Source: Candidatus Omnitrophota bacterium
GTDB lineage: Bacteria > Omnitrophota > Gorgyraeia > Zapsychrales > Fredricksoniimonadaceae
Reading direction: 5' to 3'
Assembly (NCBI GenBank): GCA_043742785.1
Contig: JAYTXU010000070.1
Coordinates: 1-59,874 of the forward strand
Length of the DNA: 59,874 nucleotides
The first letter of the stretch is position 1. Each line of letters starts with the position of its first letter. This document shows, piece after piece, positions 11,074 to 20,310 of this stretch. The position numbers and the translations under genes are program-made. The notes beneath the pieces were generated by a model, which did no database searches, was not told the DNA's origin, and was given only the letters and a program-made list of their open reading frames with translations.

Positions 11074-11574
11074 TTACCGAACAACTTGACCGATAGTCTG
11101 ATTAATTAATAAATGACGATTAACATCTTCATTAACCTGAATACTCTGCAATGCTTCTTTTGCTTGAATTGTCCATGAATCTTTAGATTGCCCTAACTTC
11201 ACTCGTTTCTGAAAATAATACTTTGCTTTTTGAATATCACCTTGATTCCGATATAAAGAACCTAAATTAAAATATACAGGTAGAAAATCTCTATCTAACT
11301 TCAAAACACTTAAATATTTTTGTTCAGCTTTTTCAGGAAACCCCAACTCTTCATAAATAACTCCCAAAGAATTGATGGCTTCTACTTTGTTTGGTTTTAA
11401 CGCCAGGGCTTGTTCATAATAATGCATAGCATCCGACAATTGACCTGCTTCTCTTGCTTCATAGCCTTTTTCTATGTATTGCCCAACTTCAGGACTTTCC
11501 TGCCACATCCAGGCAATATTAATCAAACACAATAAAGATAAAAAGAACATTTGAATTCTTCCCATCTCTTTCAA
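11074..11574 (-). CDS. Tetratricopeptide repeat protein with N-terminal hydrophobic segment
   Basis: TPR-like repeats (AMHYYEQALALKP, NSLGVIY, YFNLGSLY). Confidence 0.8.
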   Translation of the reverse strand: MKEMGRIQMFFLSLLCLINIAWMWQESPEVGQYIEKGYEAREAGQLSDAMHYYEQALALKPNKVEAINSLGVIYEELGFPEKAEQKYLSVLKLDRDFLPVYFNLGSLYRNQGDIQKAKYYFQKRVKLGQSKDSWTIQAKEALQSIQVNEDVNRHLLINQTIGQVVR

Positions 11575-12611
11575 CCTCCTATTAAAGCTTCTTCTTGATC
11601 AGTCACGGAAGTCGCTTCAGCAATGATTTTAGATATTTTTTTCTCATAAGTAGATGCATTAAACAACACAGCCCCTACTAACAAATCTCCTTGAGCATAA
11701 ATTTTCTTAAACACATTTTGAGGCGCATCAAACTTTAAATATTCCCGACCACCTTGAGGAAGCTTAGTTAACCCCATACAAAATCCTTCCAATACTTTAA
11801 AACCAAAATGATAAGGCTTAAGCGGCAAACTCCTTAAAAAATATTCTTCTTCGATTTTCTGATAATCACTCTCTTGATCAATTAATCTCCAATCTAAAGG
11901 TAAAGAATCAGCAATAACCATTTGTGCTGCCAGAACCTTACCACTTTGTAGTTTAACCGCCTTTACTTCAGAGTCTCCTAAAATCTCTTCAATCGTATTA
12001 TCTGTAATCACTCGGATATCACTGTTCTCTATAATTTGCTTTAGCAAAGCACTGGTTTCATCATCCAGAAAATTAGATAGAAGACTATCTTCCGAAACTA
12101 CGATAACCACTTCCTTACCAAGCCCATGCAAGGCACAAGCTATATTAAAACCTTGCATATGAGTAACCATCACAAAAATAGTATCTGCAAATGGCAGATA
12201 CTTAACAATTTTCTTAACAGAGGATAAAAGCGTACAATCAAAAACACCTTGCCTTTGATGCCCTTTAACTGAAAGAGGCATCACACAACCTAAATCAGCA
12301 ATCACCAACTGATCATAATCAATCTTTATCTTAGTTTCAGTTGTTAAATATTTACGTTTAGAGCTAATACGTGCAAGTTTTTCATTAGCAACAACCCCTA
12401 CTCTCTGCTCTTTAAAGAAGTTCTCTGACAAAATATGTGTCGCAGCTTCTTTAATTTGACCAGCAAGAAAGGACGGTAAAGTAAAACGATCATACGGCAA
12501 CATACCTTCTGAACAAAATAAAGAAATATCAGAGTCTTTATCCTTTTGACGAATATCTTCAATAGCTTTAATCGTAGCCAGTGAATTTCCCACAACAAGA
12601 ATTTTACTCAT
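11571..12611 (-). CDS. FAD/NAD(P) oxidoreductase-like protein (NirB N-terminal/rubredoxin reductase fold) with degenerate motifs
   Basis: Family layout retained (PYDR..L, IDYDQLVI, LDDE.S.LL, FKKIY..GDLLVGAVL) but glycine-rich motifs altered. Confidence 0.65.
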   Translation of the reverse strand: MSKILVVGNSLATIKAIEDIRQKDKDSDISLFCSEGMLPYDRFTLPSFLAGQIKEAATHILSENFFKEQRVGVVANEKLARISSKRKYLTTETKIKIDYDQLVIADLGCVMPLSVKGHQRQGVFDCTLLSSVKKIVKYLPFADTIFVMVTHMQGFNIACALHGLGKEVVIVVSEDSLLSNFLDDETSALLKQIIENSDIRVITDNTIEEILGDSEVKAVKLQSGKVLAAQMVIADSLPLDWRLIDQESDYQKIEEEYFLRSLPLKPYHFGFKVLEGFCMGLTKLPQGGREYLKFDAPQNVFKKIYAQGDLLVGAVLFNASTYEKKISKIIAEATSVTDQEEALIGG

Positions 12612-13456
12612 AAACTTTGTTTAAATACCTCCACTACATTTTTCATTAACATCACCGAAGTTACAGGACCTACACCCCCAGGTACAGGTGTAATAAACGA
12701 AGCCTTTTCTTTGCATGATTCAAAATCAACATCTCCAACAATTTTACCATCCACTTGGTTAATCCCCACATCAATGACAATGGCCCCTGGCTTAATCCAA
12801 TCCCCTTTAACAAATAAAGGTTTACCAATTGCTGCCACGACAACATCCGAACTTCGAACGACTCCAGGTAAATCATTGGTTTTAGAATGACAAATGGTTA
12901 CAGTCATATTTTCGGCAAGTAATAATAAAGCCATCGGCTTACCTACGATTTCACTACGTCCAAGAACGACAGCCGTTTTCCCTTTTAAAGGGATACCCGA
13001 TGATTTTAATAATTCCACTGCTGCTGCAGGAGTACAAGGAACACTGCAAATTTGACCTATAAACAGCCGACCTAAATTAAGAACGTTCATTCCTTCAATA
13101 TCTTTTTCTTCAGGAATCACATCAAAACATTTTGCAGAGTTAATGCTGGAAGGAAGCGGCTTATTAAGAATAATTCCATTAACATTTTCTAAATGACCTA
13201 ATTCAAGAATTACCTTTAAAAGATCTGATTCAGACGTCTGTAGCGACAGTTGCCTTAATTCATATTGAATCCCTAAACTCTCTGCTGTTCTTTTCTGAGA
13301 AGCGAGATAAGAAAGACTGCTTGGATCATTCCCGACGACAATACTAACAATACTAGGAACCTTGCCAGACCTAGCTTTTAAATCGGTAATTTCCTTTATT
13401 AATTGTTCTTTGAGCTTAGCAGCTAGTAATTTCCCATCTAGAATCTGCGCACTCAT
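12608..13456 (-). CDS. folD: Bifunctional methylenetetrahydrofolate dehydrogenase/cyclohydrolase
   Basis: ILDGK, PCTP, GRSEIVGKP, IDVGIN, ITPVPGGVGP. Confidence 0.96.
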   Translation of the reverse strand: MSAQILDGKLLAAKLKEQLIKEITDLKARSGKVPSIVSIVVGNDPSSLSYLASQKRTAESLGIQYELRQLSLQTSESDLLKVILELGHLENVNGIILNKPLPSSINSAKCFDVIPEEKDIEGMNVLNLGRLFIGQICSVPCTPAAAVELLKSSGIPLKGKTAVVLGRSEIVGKPMALLLLAENMTVTICHSKTNDLPGVVRSSDVVVAAIGKPLFVKGDWIKPGAIVIDVGINQVDGKIVGDVDFESCKEKASFITPVPGGVGPVTSVMLMKNVVEVFKQSL

Positions 13457-13944
13457 GAATTAATCCTCACCATGACCAGGGCTCCATTAAAACCAGCTGT
13501 CAAAAGTTCAATTGAAACTTCCACATCCGACAATAAATAGGGGTTCCCTTTAACTACTAAGAAAGGAATTAAATCAATCGTCTTGTAACACAATTTGCAA
13601 ATTTCCAGTGGCACTGCACGAGCAGTCTTAGAGGCATTCTTCTGCGCTTTCTTATCTAAGACCCTAGCCGCACAAACCTGCAGATAAGCTTCTGAATCAA
13701 GACTTGCCAAATCTAAAAGTCTTTTACGAATAATTTCACTTTTCTTGAGTATTTCTCTCAATTTCTTATCAACAGCAAAAGTGTTAGATTTTCGTCCAAT
13801 AGAGTAATTAGCCACCATAGACACCAATCCCGCTCCTAAGGCAGCTGTTAATCCTGCTGCCGAACCACCGCCAGGAACAGGTTCCTTGGTAGAAAGCTGA
13901 TTTAAATAGCTTTCCAGAGTTTTATTTGAAAATTGAATTTTCAT
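13453..13944 (-). CDS. Cyclodeaminase/cyclohydrolase family protein (FTCD_C/FchA-like)
   Basis: PVPGGGSAA, LVSMVAN, GNPYLLSDV, VRIN; adjacent to folD. Confidence 0.85.
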   Translation of the reverse strand: MKIQFSNKTLESYLNQLSTKEPVPGGGSAAGLTAALGAGLVSMVANYSIGRKSNTFAVDKKLREILKKSEIIRKRLLDLASLDSEAYLQVCAARVLDKKAQKNASKTARAVPLEICKLCYKTIDLIPFLVVKGNPYLLSDVEVSIELLTAGFNGALVMVRINS

Positions 13945-14033
13945 GAGGATGTTATTTGAGCTAATTAATGATATATATTATTTTTATATTAACGGAAAGA
14001 AATTTTGACTTCAATACAATATGAATAATTCTA

Positions 14034-14963
14034 TTAATGACTTAGATACTTCTCTGCATCCAAAGCTGCCATACAACCGGTACCTGCTGAAGTAACCGCT
14101 TGACGATAAATCTTATCTTGTACATCCCCTGCTGCAAAAACACCAGAAACACTAGTCTGGGTAGTCCCTGAATTAGTTTTTATGTAGCCTGATTCATCTA
14201 ACTCTAGCTGACCATTTAAAAAAGCCGTGTTAGGCACATGGCCAATGGCGTAAAACAAACCGCCTATATCTAAAATACTTTCTACATTAGAAACTGTATT
14301 TTTTATTTTTAGTCCCGTAACAGCTTTCTCTCCTAACACTTCAATAGGCAAGGTGTTATACAATAATTCAATCTTAAGATTATTCCTAGCACGATCCTGC
14401 ATGACCTTAGAAGCTCGCAACACATCACGGCGCACCAACATCAGAACCTTGGAAGCAAACTTAGTTAAATAAGAAGCCTCTTCCACAGCGGAATCCCCTC
14501 CTCCTACAACAACTAAAACCTTATTTCGAAAGAACGGCAAAGCCCCATCGCAAACAGCACAAGCTGAGATCCCCTTTTGCCACAAACGATCCTCTCCTGG
14601 AAGATTCATCCGTTTAGCTGTTGCACCTGTGGCAAGAATCAGACTCTTTGTTTCATAGGTTTTAGTACCAACAAATACTTTAAAAGGACTTCTTGATAAA
14701 TCAACCTTATCAACAGTCTCTGTAACAATACGTGTTCCGCAATGTTCCGATTGTTGGCGCATTTTCTCCATTAATTCTGGTCCAGAAATACTTGTAAACC
14801 CTGGAAAATTTTCAACCTCAGTTGTAGTTGTCAATTGTCCACCAGCAACAACTCCCGCCGCGAATAATCCCTCAAACATCAAAGGTTTTAAATTAGCCCT
14901 TGCAGCATAGGTAGCCGCTGTATGACCTGCAGGACCAGAACCGATAATAATAATGTTTTCCAT
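14034..14963 (-). CDS. trxB: Thioredoxin-disulfide reductase
   Basis: IIGSGPAG, GGQLTTTTEVENFPG, CAVCDG, GGGDSAVEEA, FAAGDV. Confidence 0.97.
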   Translation of the reverse strand: MENIIIIGSGPAGHTAATYAARANLKPLMFEGLFAAGVVAGGQLTTTTEVENFPGFTSISGPELMEKMRQQSEHCGTRIVTETVDKVDLSRSPFKVFVGTKTYETKSLILATGATAKRMNLPGEDRLWQKGISACAVCDGALPFFRNKVLVVVGGGDSAVEEASYLTKFASKVLMLVRRDVLRASKVMQDRARNNLKIELLYNTLPIEVLGEKAVTGLKIKNTVSNVESILDIGGLFYAIGHVPNTAFLNGQLELDESGYIKTNSGTTQTSVSGVFAAGDVQDKIYRQAVTSAGTGCMAALDAEKYLSH

Positions 14964-14972
14964 ACCTTCTCC

Positions 14973-15001
14973 AAAAAATAAAAGCGGGGAATCAGCCCCG
15001 C
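14973..15001 (-). terminator. Putative intrinsic terminator after korB
   Basis: Minus strand GCGGGG-ctgatt-CCCCGC followed by TTTTATTTTTT. Confidence 0.6.
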
Positions 15002-15047
15002 CCTCACCCCTAGCATATACAGGCTGAGCCTTTTCAGCTTTTACCCA

Positions 15048-15965
15048 TTAAATATCGAATCCATCTAAAATCTTTGAACGATCTTTGGGGACTGCATTCT
15101 TAACTAAATTATGCATCACCTGATCGTAACGTGGTTTATTCTTATTCTGATAGAATAAACCAAAATAACGACGTTCAATAGCAGCAAATTGAAAAGCTTT
15201 ACCTATATCTGATGGATCATGCTCAACAATTTCCGTTTTATCAGCCAAACGTCTATCAGGTTCAATGCCATTAGGATGCTTTAAAAATGAAAACCATGAA
15301 GAAGATTTATGATCAAAATTAAGAGGATCAAAATGTGGGCAACGCTGAGAAATATGCACAAAGGCAAATCCAGGATGATCAAAAGCTGCCTTCATTGTAT
15401 TGGTTAAATGATCTGGAATCCAATCAGCCGTAGAAGCCACAAAGGAAGCTCCCAAACCAATAGCAACACTCAAAGGATTCAAAGGATTTAAATAACTTCC
15501 TTGAGGCTGAGTATTGGTCTTATGATCCTTACGCGTTGTCGGAGAAGTTTGATTCTTTGTTAAAGCATATAATTCATTGTCGTACATTAAAAACACACAT
15601 TTAAAATTTTTATTAATCCCATGAATTAAATGGTTACCTCCAATGCTTAAGGTATCCCCATCACCTGCATGCACAAACAAATTTAAATCAGGACGAGCTA
15701 AAGCTAACCCTAACGCAACCGTGATAGGTCTACCATGAATAGAATGCACGCCATAGGTATTGAAATAATTCGGAGCACGCCCAGAACAACCAATCCCGGA
15801 AACATTCACAGTTTGAGCAGGAGCCAACTGACGTTCTACAATAAAACGTTTTAATCCCATAATGACACCAAAATCTCCACAGCCGGCACACCAGCGTGGA
15901 TTTTCAGTTTGTAAATCTTTAATCGTTACAGGAACTTTAGATTGTTCTGCAATTTGTGTACTCAT
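15048..15965 (-). CDS. korB: 2-oxoacid:ferredoxin oxidoreductase beta subunit
   Basis: WCAGCGDF, SGIGCS, HGR, GDGD TPP motif; substrate not determined. Confidence 0.88.
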   Translation of the reverse strand: MSTQIAEQSKVPVTIKDLQTENPRWCAGCGDFGVIMGLKRFIVERQLAPAQTVNVSGIGCSGRAPNYFNTYGVHSIHGRPITVALGLALARPDLNLFVHAGDGDTLSIGGNHLIHGINKNFKCVFLMYDNELYALTKNQTSPTTRKDHKTNTQPQGSYLNPLNPLSVAIGLGASFVASTADWIPDHLTNTMKAAFDHPGFAFVHISQRCPHFDPLNFDHKSSSWFSFLKHPNGIEPDRRLADKTEIVEHDPSDIGKAFQFAAIERRYFGLFYQNKNKPRYDQVMHNLVKNAVPKDRSKILDGFDI

Positions 15966-17773
15966 TTGGACAATACCTCCTGAACCCTTTTAAAAACAAT
16001 CATAGGGCGAATGGGACGACCTGTGGCCTCAGCAATTAAAGGCTGGACATCCACTAAGGTGTAAGCGCGAAGTAAAAGCGCTAATGGTGGGGGTTTTAAC
16101 GCATCACCGTAAGCTACTTCCACTGTCATAACCTTCTTAAATTTAGAAAAAACTTCCTTTAGCATCAAAGGTACCGGATAGACAATTTTTAAATTCATTC
16201 CTGAAACCTTAAGTCCTGCCTTAGAACATTTATAAATGGATTCTTCAAGAGCTCCACGTGTACTTCCCCAACCAACAATTAAAAGATCGCCTGAATCGTT
16301 CCCAAACATTTCAGGCTTAGTTAAAGCGCGATTAACATGGTGAATTTTCTCATTTCGTATTTCATGAGAATGTTGATTAGTAGTAGCAGAATAACTAACC
16401 TTCCCCTGTTTATCTGTATTCAAACCTGTAACTCGACGCATACCACCCTCGACGCCAGGATTTGATTGAACAGCACGAACCATTTCAATATCTTTAGGTA
16501 ATCGATTCATATGGAATCTTTCCAAAATAAAATCTGGAATCTCCTCCACATTATTCATCTGAACTACTTTAGGTTTAGTAATAACCTTATAACTGTTGGC
16601 TGTTTGAAAATCACTCATAATAAACACAGGGAGACGTAATTTCTCAGCTATATAACGAGCAATATGAGGAGCATAAAAACAATCGATAACATTACTGACA
16701 CTAACAATAACCTTGGTATAGTCTCCATGGCTTCCAAAAATAACAGCTGGAAGATCGGATTGTTCAGTTTTAGTCGGCATACCTGTGGAAGGACCAGAAC
16801 GCTGAACATCAATGATAACTAGAGGAATTTCAGCGGATTGAGCAAACCCAAGAAACTCCTGCTTCAGAGAAAGACCAGGACCTGACGTACAGGTCACGGA
16901 TGGGACTCCACCATAATAAGCACCAATAGCTGTACCAATCGCTGCAATTTCATCCTCGGCTTGGTGAACGATCCCACCATAAGAAGGAAATTCCTTAGCG
17001 AGCGTGTGCATAATCGAAGAAGCTGGAGTAATGGGATAACCAGAATACAATTTAAAACCAGCATCAATTAAACCCATACTCAAAGAGCTATTACCATCAA
17101 TAAGAATTTTTTCTCCTTCTCGAGGAGTCGCATCCACTTGAATTCTAAAAAATACTTTCTCTTTAGCTAACTGGTAACCGTTATGGCACAGAGTTAAGTT
17201 TTTTTCCATGATCTCTGGTTTTAATTTTTTCCCAAAGGTCTTTTGGATTTCCTGCTTAACAATCTCTTCATCCATATTATAGATGTAGCTCAGCATTCCT
17301 AAATAATACAAATTCTGACCTTTACCACCTAAATCCTTGAGAATACTTTTAGAAACTTCATCAACATTAAATGGAATAACACTTAACCCATCCTTGGTGC
17401 ATTTCTTTAATACCATTTCATAAGCGTCAGGGTTCGCTTCTTGATCACCCATATCCAGAAGAATAACACATTTGTCATTGTATTCACCATCTTCTAGACG
17501 ACGATCAAGAACTATTTCGTGAGAAGCTATAATCAAATCGGTATCATTACCAATATTAGTAACATCAAAATCTGCAATACGAATAATAATTCCAGAAAGT
17601 GCAGCACGGCTTCTAGCTGGAGGAGAAATTTCTGCAGGAATCATAGGCTCAACGTAAACGTATTTGCCCATAGCCACAAAGGCACTTAAAAGAATGTCTC
17701 CAGCTTTTTGAGCACCAAAACCGGCATCCATCAACAATTCAAACCTAGTCACTGATCTTTTTTCAACCGACAT
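15962..17773 (-). CDS. korA: 2-oxoacid:acceptor oxidoreductase alpha subunit (gamma-alpha fusion)
   Basis: YPITPAS, QAEDEIAA, TSGPG, QRSGPSTGMPTKTEQSD. Confidence 0.9.
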   Translation of the reverse strand: MSVEKRSVTRFELLMDAGFGAQKAGDILLSAFVAMGKYVYVEPMIPAEISPPARSRAALSGIIIRIADFDVTNIGNDTDLIIASHEIVLDRRLEDGEYNDKCVILLDMGDQEANPDAYEMVLKKCTKDGLSVIPFNVDEVSKSILKDLGGKGQNLYYLGMLSYIYNMDEEIVKQEIQKTFGKKLKPEIMEKNLTLCHNGYQLAKEKVFFRIQVDATPREGEKILIDGNSSLSMGLIDAGFKLYSGYPITPASSIMHTLAKEFPSYGGIVHQAEDEIAAIGTAIGAYYGGVPSVTCTSGPGLSLKQEFLGFAQSAEIPLVIIDVQRSGPSTGMPTKTEQSDLPAVIFGSHGDYTKVIVSVSNVIDCFYAPHIARYIAEKLRLPVFIMSDFQTANSYKVITKPKVVQMNNVEEIPDFILERFHMNRLPKDIEMVRAVQSNPGVEGGMRRVTGLNTDKQGKVSYSATTNQHSHEIRNEKIHHVNRALTKPEMFGNDSGDLLIVGWGSTRGALEESIYKCSKAGLKVSGMNLKIVYPVPLMLKEVFSKFKKVMTVEVAYGDALKPPPLALLLRAYTLVDVQPLIAEATGRPIRPMIVFKRVQEVLSK

Positions 17774-18002
17774 AACTTACCCTTCTTTATATAATATCAA
17801 TGGATTGGAAATATTTATGAAGTAGTTTTCAATATAACACTGCCGAAGAGTTTAGCAATAGAAATCTAAAAACTCTTTTCGTCTAACTTCAAGGGGATAT
17901 ACAAATGTACATTTGCATACCTTTGTTAAGAAACAATTAACACAGTTTGATATAAATTGATTTTTATCAAGACGTTTCAAAGTGTTAAGTATTTAACATT
18001 TT

Positions 18003-18500
18003 TCAATTCACTAAAAGCTTCCCAATAGCATCAAAAAGATCGACATAGAAGACCTTGTCTGAAATAGTCACTTCTACCTCCTTTGTTTTGCTTACCTGTT
18101 TTCCTCCGCCGCCGGGCAAAGGGATTACCCACAACAAAAATCGCGTGCGGTCAACCACATAATTACGCTGGGTCGTCTGAATGGCGTTTAAAAAAAGCTC
18201 CTGATGCAACTGGTCCTTCATAAAAATTCTCGCCTGCAGGACCACCACCGTATTGTTATGGCTTCTTGAAAAATATCGGCTGGCTACGATCGTCTGCAGA
18301 GCATCATCTTCTTTATCGATGGAGAATTGTTTCAAAAGCAACATTTCTATCAGGGCTTTTTGCAATTGCGCCCCTGACGCGCTAAAAACACGGACATTCT
18401 CTGGTTGTTTATCCTTCTGAATTTCTCTATAGGTATAACGAAGAGGTGAACAGCCGCTGACAACTAAGAACATTCCAAGAATCAATATTATTTTTTTCAT
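18003..18500 (-). CDS. Putative lipoprotein (possibly DUF2242-like)
   Basis: Start at MKKIIL after AGAGGAG; lipobox VSGC; family assignment from recalled similarity only. Confidence 0.65.
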   Translation of the reverse strand: MKKIILILGMFLVVSGCSPLRYTYREIQKDKQPENVRVFSASGAQLQKALIEMLLLKQFSIDKEDDALQTIVASRYFSRSHNNTVVVLQARIFMKDQLHQELFLNAIQTTQRNYVVDRTRFLLWVIPLPGGGGKQVSKTKEVEVTISDKVFYVDLFDAIGKLLVN

Positions 18501-18513
18501 TAGTTTCTCCTCT

Positions 18514-19074
18514 CTATGAATTAGCATCCACCTTAAATCCCACCCTGGTTCTTTTGTAATCATCAGTAACAGGGATCACAATTAAACGACGGATAGCTTC
18601 AAAAATAGCCTGAATCTTCTTATCATGATCTTGATATTTACCTTCTAAATCTTCAATTTTACGGGCTAAATCTTTATGTGTTATCATTAATTCTCTTAGC
18701 TTTGAAAATGTCCGCATAATTTGAATATTAACATTAATAGCACGCTCACTGTTGAGAACACTCGAGAGCATAGCTACCCCTTCTTGAGTAAAAACATTAG
18801 GCATTTTTCTAACACCCATTCTTTCTTTATTGGATATCGCAATTTGCGACATCCAATTTTCAAGATCTTGGGTTGTTAGTTGAAACATAAAATCACGAGG
18901 GAATCGTTTAATATTCCTTTTTACTTGTTCATTGAGCCTGCTCGTTTGAACACCATAAAGTTTGGCTAAATCTCTATCTAACATCACTTTCAGTCCTCGA
19001 ATAAGATAAATCTTGCTTTGAATGATCTCTACCGGTATTTCACCTGCTGATTGTTCAACAATTTGTTCTTTCAT
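18514..19074 (-). CDS. ORF6N-domain DNA-binding protein, copy 1
   Basis: IRGLKVMLDRDLAKLYGV, VKRN..RFP.DFMFQL, FTQEGVAMLSSVL, VNIQIMR. Confidence 0.9.
   Translation of the reverse strand: MKEQIVEQSAGEIPVEIIQSKIYLIRGLKVMLDRDLAKLYGVQTSRLNEQVKRNIKRFPRDFMFQLTTQDLENWMSQIAISNKERMGVRKMPNVFTQEGVAMLSSVLNSERAINVNIQIMRTFSKLRELMITHKDLARKIEDLEGKYQDHDKKIQAIFEAIRRLIVIPVTDDYKRTRVGFKVDANS
18829..18857. repeat. Intragenic palindrome, ORF6N copy 1
   Basis: ATTGGATATCGCAA-T-TTGCGACATCCAAT; 14-bp arms, 1 mismatch. Confidence 0.9.
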
Positions 19075-19117
19075 AGCTCCCCTCATAGGTTAAAATTGGT
19101 TAAAAATATTTAGAAAC

Positions 19118-19675
19118 TTATTTAGCATCCACCTTAAATCCCACCCTGGTTCTTTTGTAATCATCAGTAACAGGGATCACAATTAAACGACGGATGGCTT
19201 CAAAAATAGCCTGAATCTTCTTATCATGATCCTGATAGTTACCCTCTAAAGCTTCAATCTTACGAGCTAAGTCTTTGTGCGAAATCATTATTTCTTTTAA
19301 CTTTACAAAAACTCTCATAATTTGAATATTAACTTGAACAGCTCTTTTAGACCTAAGCACGCTTGAAAGCATCGCTACACCTTGTTCAGTAAAAACATAC
19401 GACAAATACCGTTGACCTCCTCGTCCTATTTTTGACATGCCAATTTGGCATCTCAAATAATCCTCTTCTTCTTTACTTAGTTGGAACATAAAGTCTTCTG
19501 GAAAATGATCCCTATTTCTTTTAACTGCCCTATTAAGATGACCTGTTTCAACTCCATAAAGGATCGCCAAATCACTATCCAACATAACTTTATGCCCACG
19601 AATAAAGTAAATTTTGCTTTGAATAATTTCTACTGGTAATACATCTGCTGATTTCTCAATAACTTGTTCTTTCAT
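19118..19675 (-). CDS. ORF6N-domain DNA-binding protein, copy 2
   Basis: IRGHKVMLDSDLA.LYGVET, AVKRN, FPEDFMFQL, FTEQGVAMLSSVL. Confidence 0.9.
   Translation of the reverse strand: MKEQVIEKSADVLPVEIIQSKIYFIRGHKVMLDSDLAILYGVETGHLNRAVKRNRDHFPEDFMFQLSKEEEDYLRCQIGMSKIGRGGQRYLSYVFTEQGVAMLSSVLRSKRAVQVNIQIMRVFVKLKEIMISHKDLARKIEALEGNYQDHDKKIQAIFEAIRRLIVIPVTDDYKRTRVGFKVDAK
19431..19457. repeat. Intragenic palindrome, ORF6N copy 2
   Basis: TTTGACATGCCAA-T-TTGGCATCTCAAA; 13-bp arms, 1 mismatch. Confidence 0.9.
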
Positions 19676-19718
19676 GGATCCCCTCATAGGTTAAAATTGG
19701 TTAAAAATATTTAGAAAC

Positions 19719-20267
19719 TTATTTAGCATCCACCTTAAATCCCACCCTGGTTCTTTTGTAATCATCAGTAACTGGGATCACAATAAGACGACGGATGGCT
19801 TCAAAAATAGCCTGAATTTTCTTATCATGATCCTGATAGTTGCCCTCTAAAGCTTCGATCTTACGGGCTAGGTCTTTATGAGATACCATCAATTCTTTGA
19901 TCCTGACAAAAACCCTCATAATTTGAATATTAACTTGAACAGCTCTTTTAGACTTAAGCACGCTTGAAAGCATAGCCACCCCTTGTTCAGTAAACACATA
20001 AGATAAATATTTAGAATTTTGTCCTCTTTTCAAGATGCCAAATTGGCATCTTAAAGAATCCTCTTCTTCTTTACTCAATTGAAACATAAAATCTTCTGGA
20101 AAATGATCCGCATTCCTCTTAACTGCTCTATTAAGATGACCTGTTTCAACTCCATAAAGTTCAGCCAAATCTTTATCAAACATAACCTTCTGTCCACGGA
20201 TTAAATAAATCTTGCTTTGAATAATTTCAACTGGCACTGATGATTGTTCAACGACTTGTTTTTTCAT
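19719..20267 (-). CDS. ORF6N-domain DNA-binding protein, copy 3
   Basis: IRGQKVMFDKDLAELYGVET, AVKRN, FPEDFMFQL, FTEQGVAMLSSVL. Confidence 0.9.
   Translation of the reverse strand: MKKQVVEQSSVPVEIIQSKIYLIRGQKVMFDKDLAELYGVETGHLNRAVKRNADHFPEDFMFQLSKEEEDSLRCQFGILKRGQNSKYLSYVFTEQGVAMLSSVLKSKRAVQVNIQIMRVFVRIKELMVSHKDLARKIEALEGNYQDHDKKIQAIFEAIRRLIVIPVTDDYKRTRVGFKVDAK
20029..20055. repeat. Intragenic palindrome, ORF6N copy 3
   Basis: TTCAAGATGCCAA-A-TTGGCATCTTAAA; perfect inner 10-bp arms, 12/13 overall. Confidence 0.9.
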
Positions 20268-20310
20268 TCAGTCCTCCATAGGTTTAAATTGGTTTAAAAA
20301 ATCTAAGAAC

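Noticed and set aside
18565-18582. IVIPVTD in the ORF6N tails resembles the REP-derived peptide IVPVT
   Set aside because: The DNA (GTGATCCCTGTTACT) lacks the TAGTG/CACTA hairpin; the similarity is too weak.
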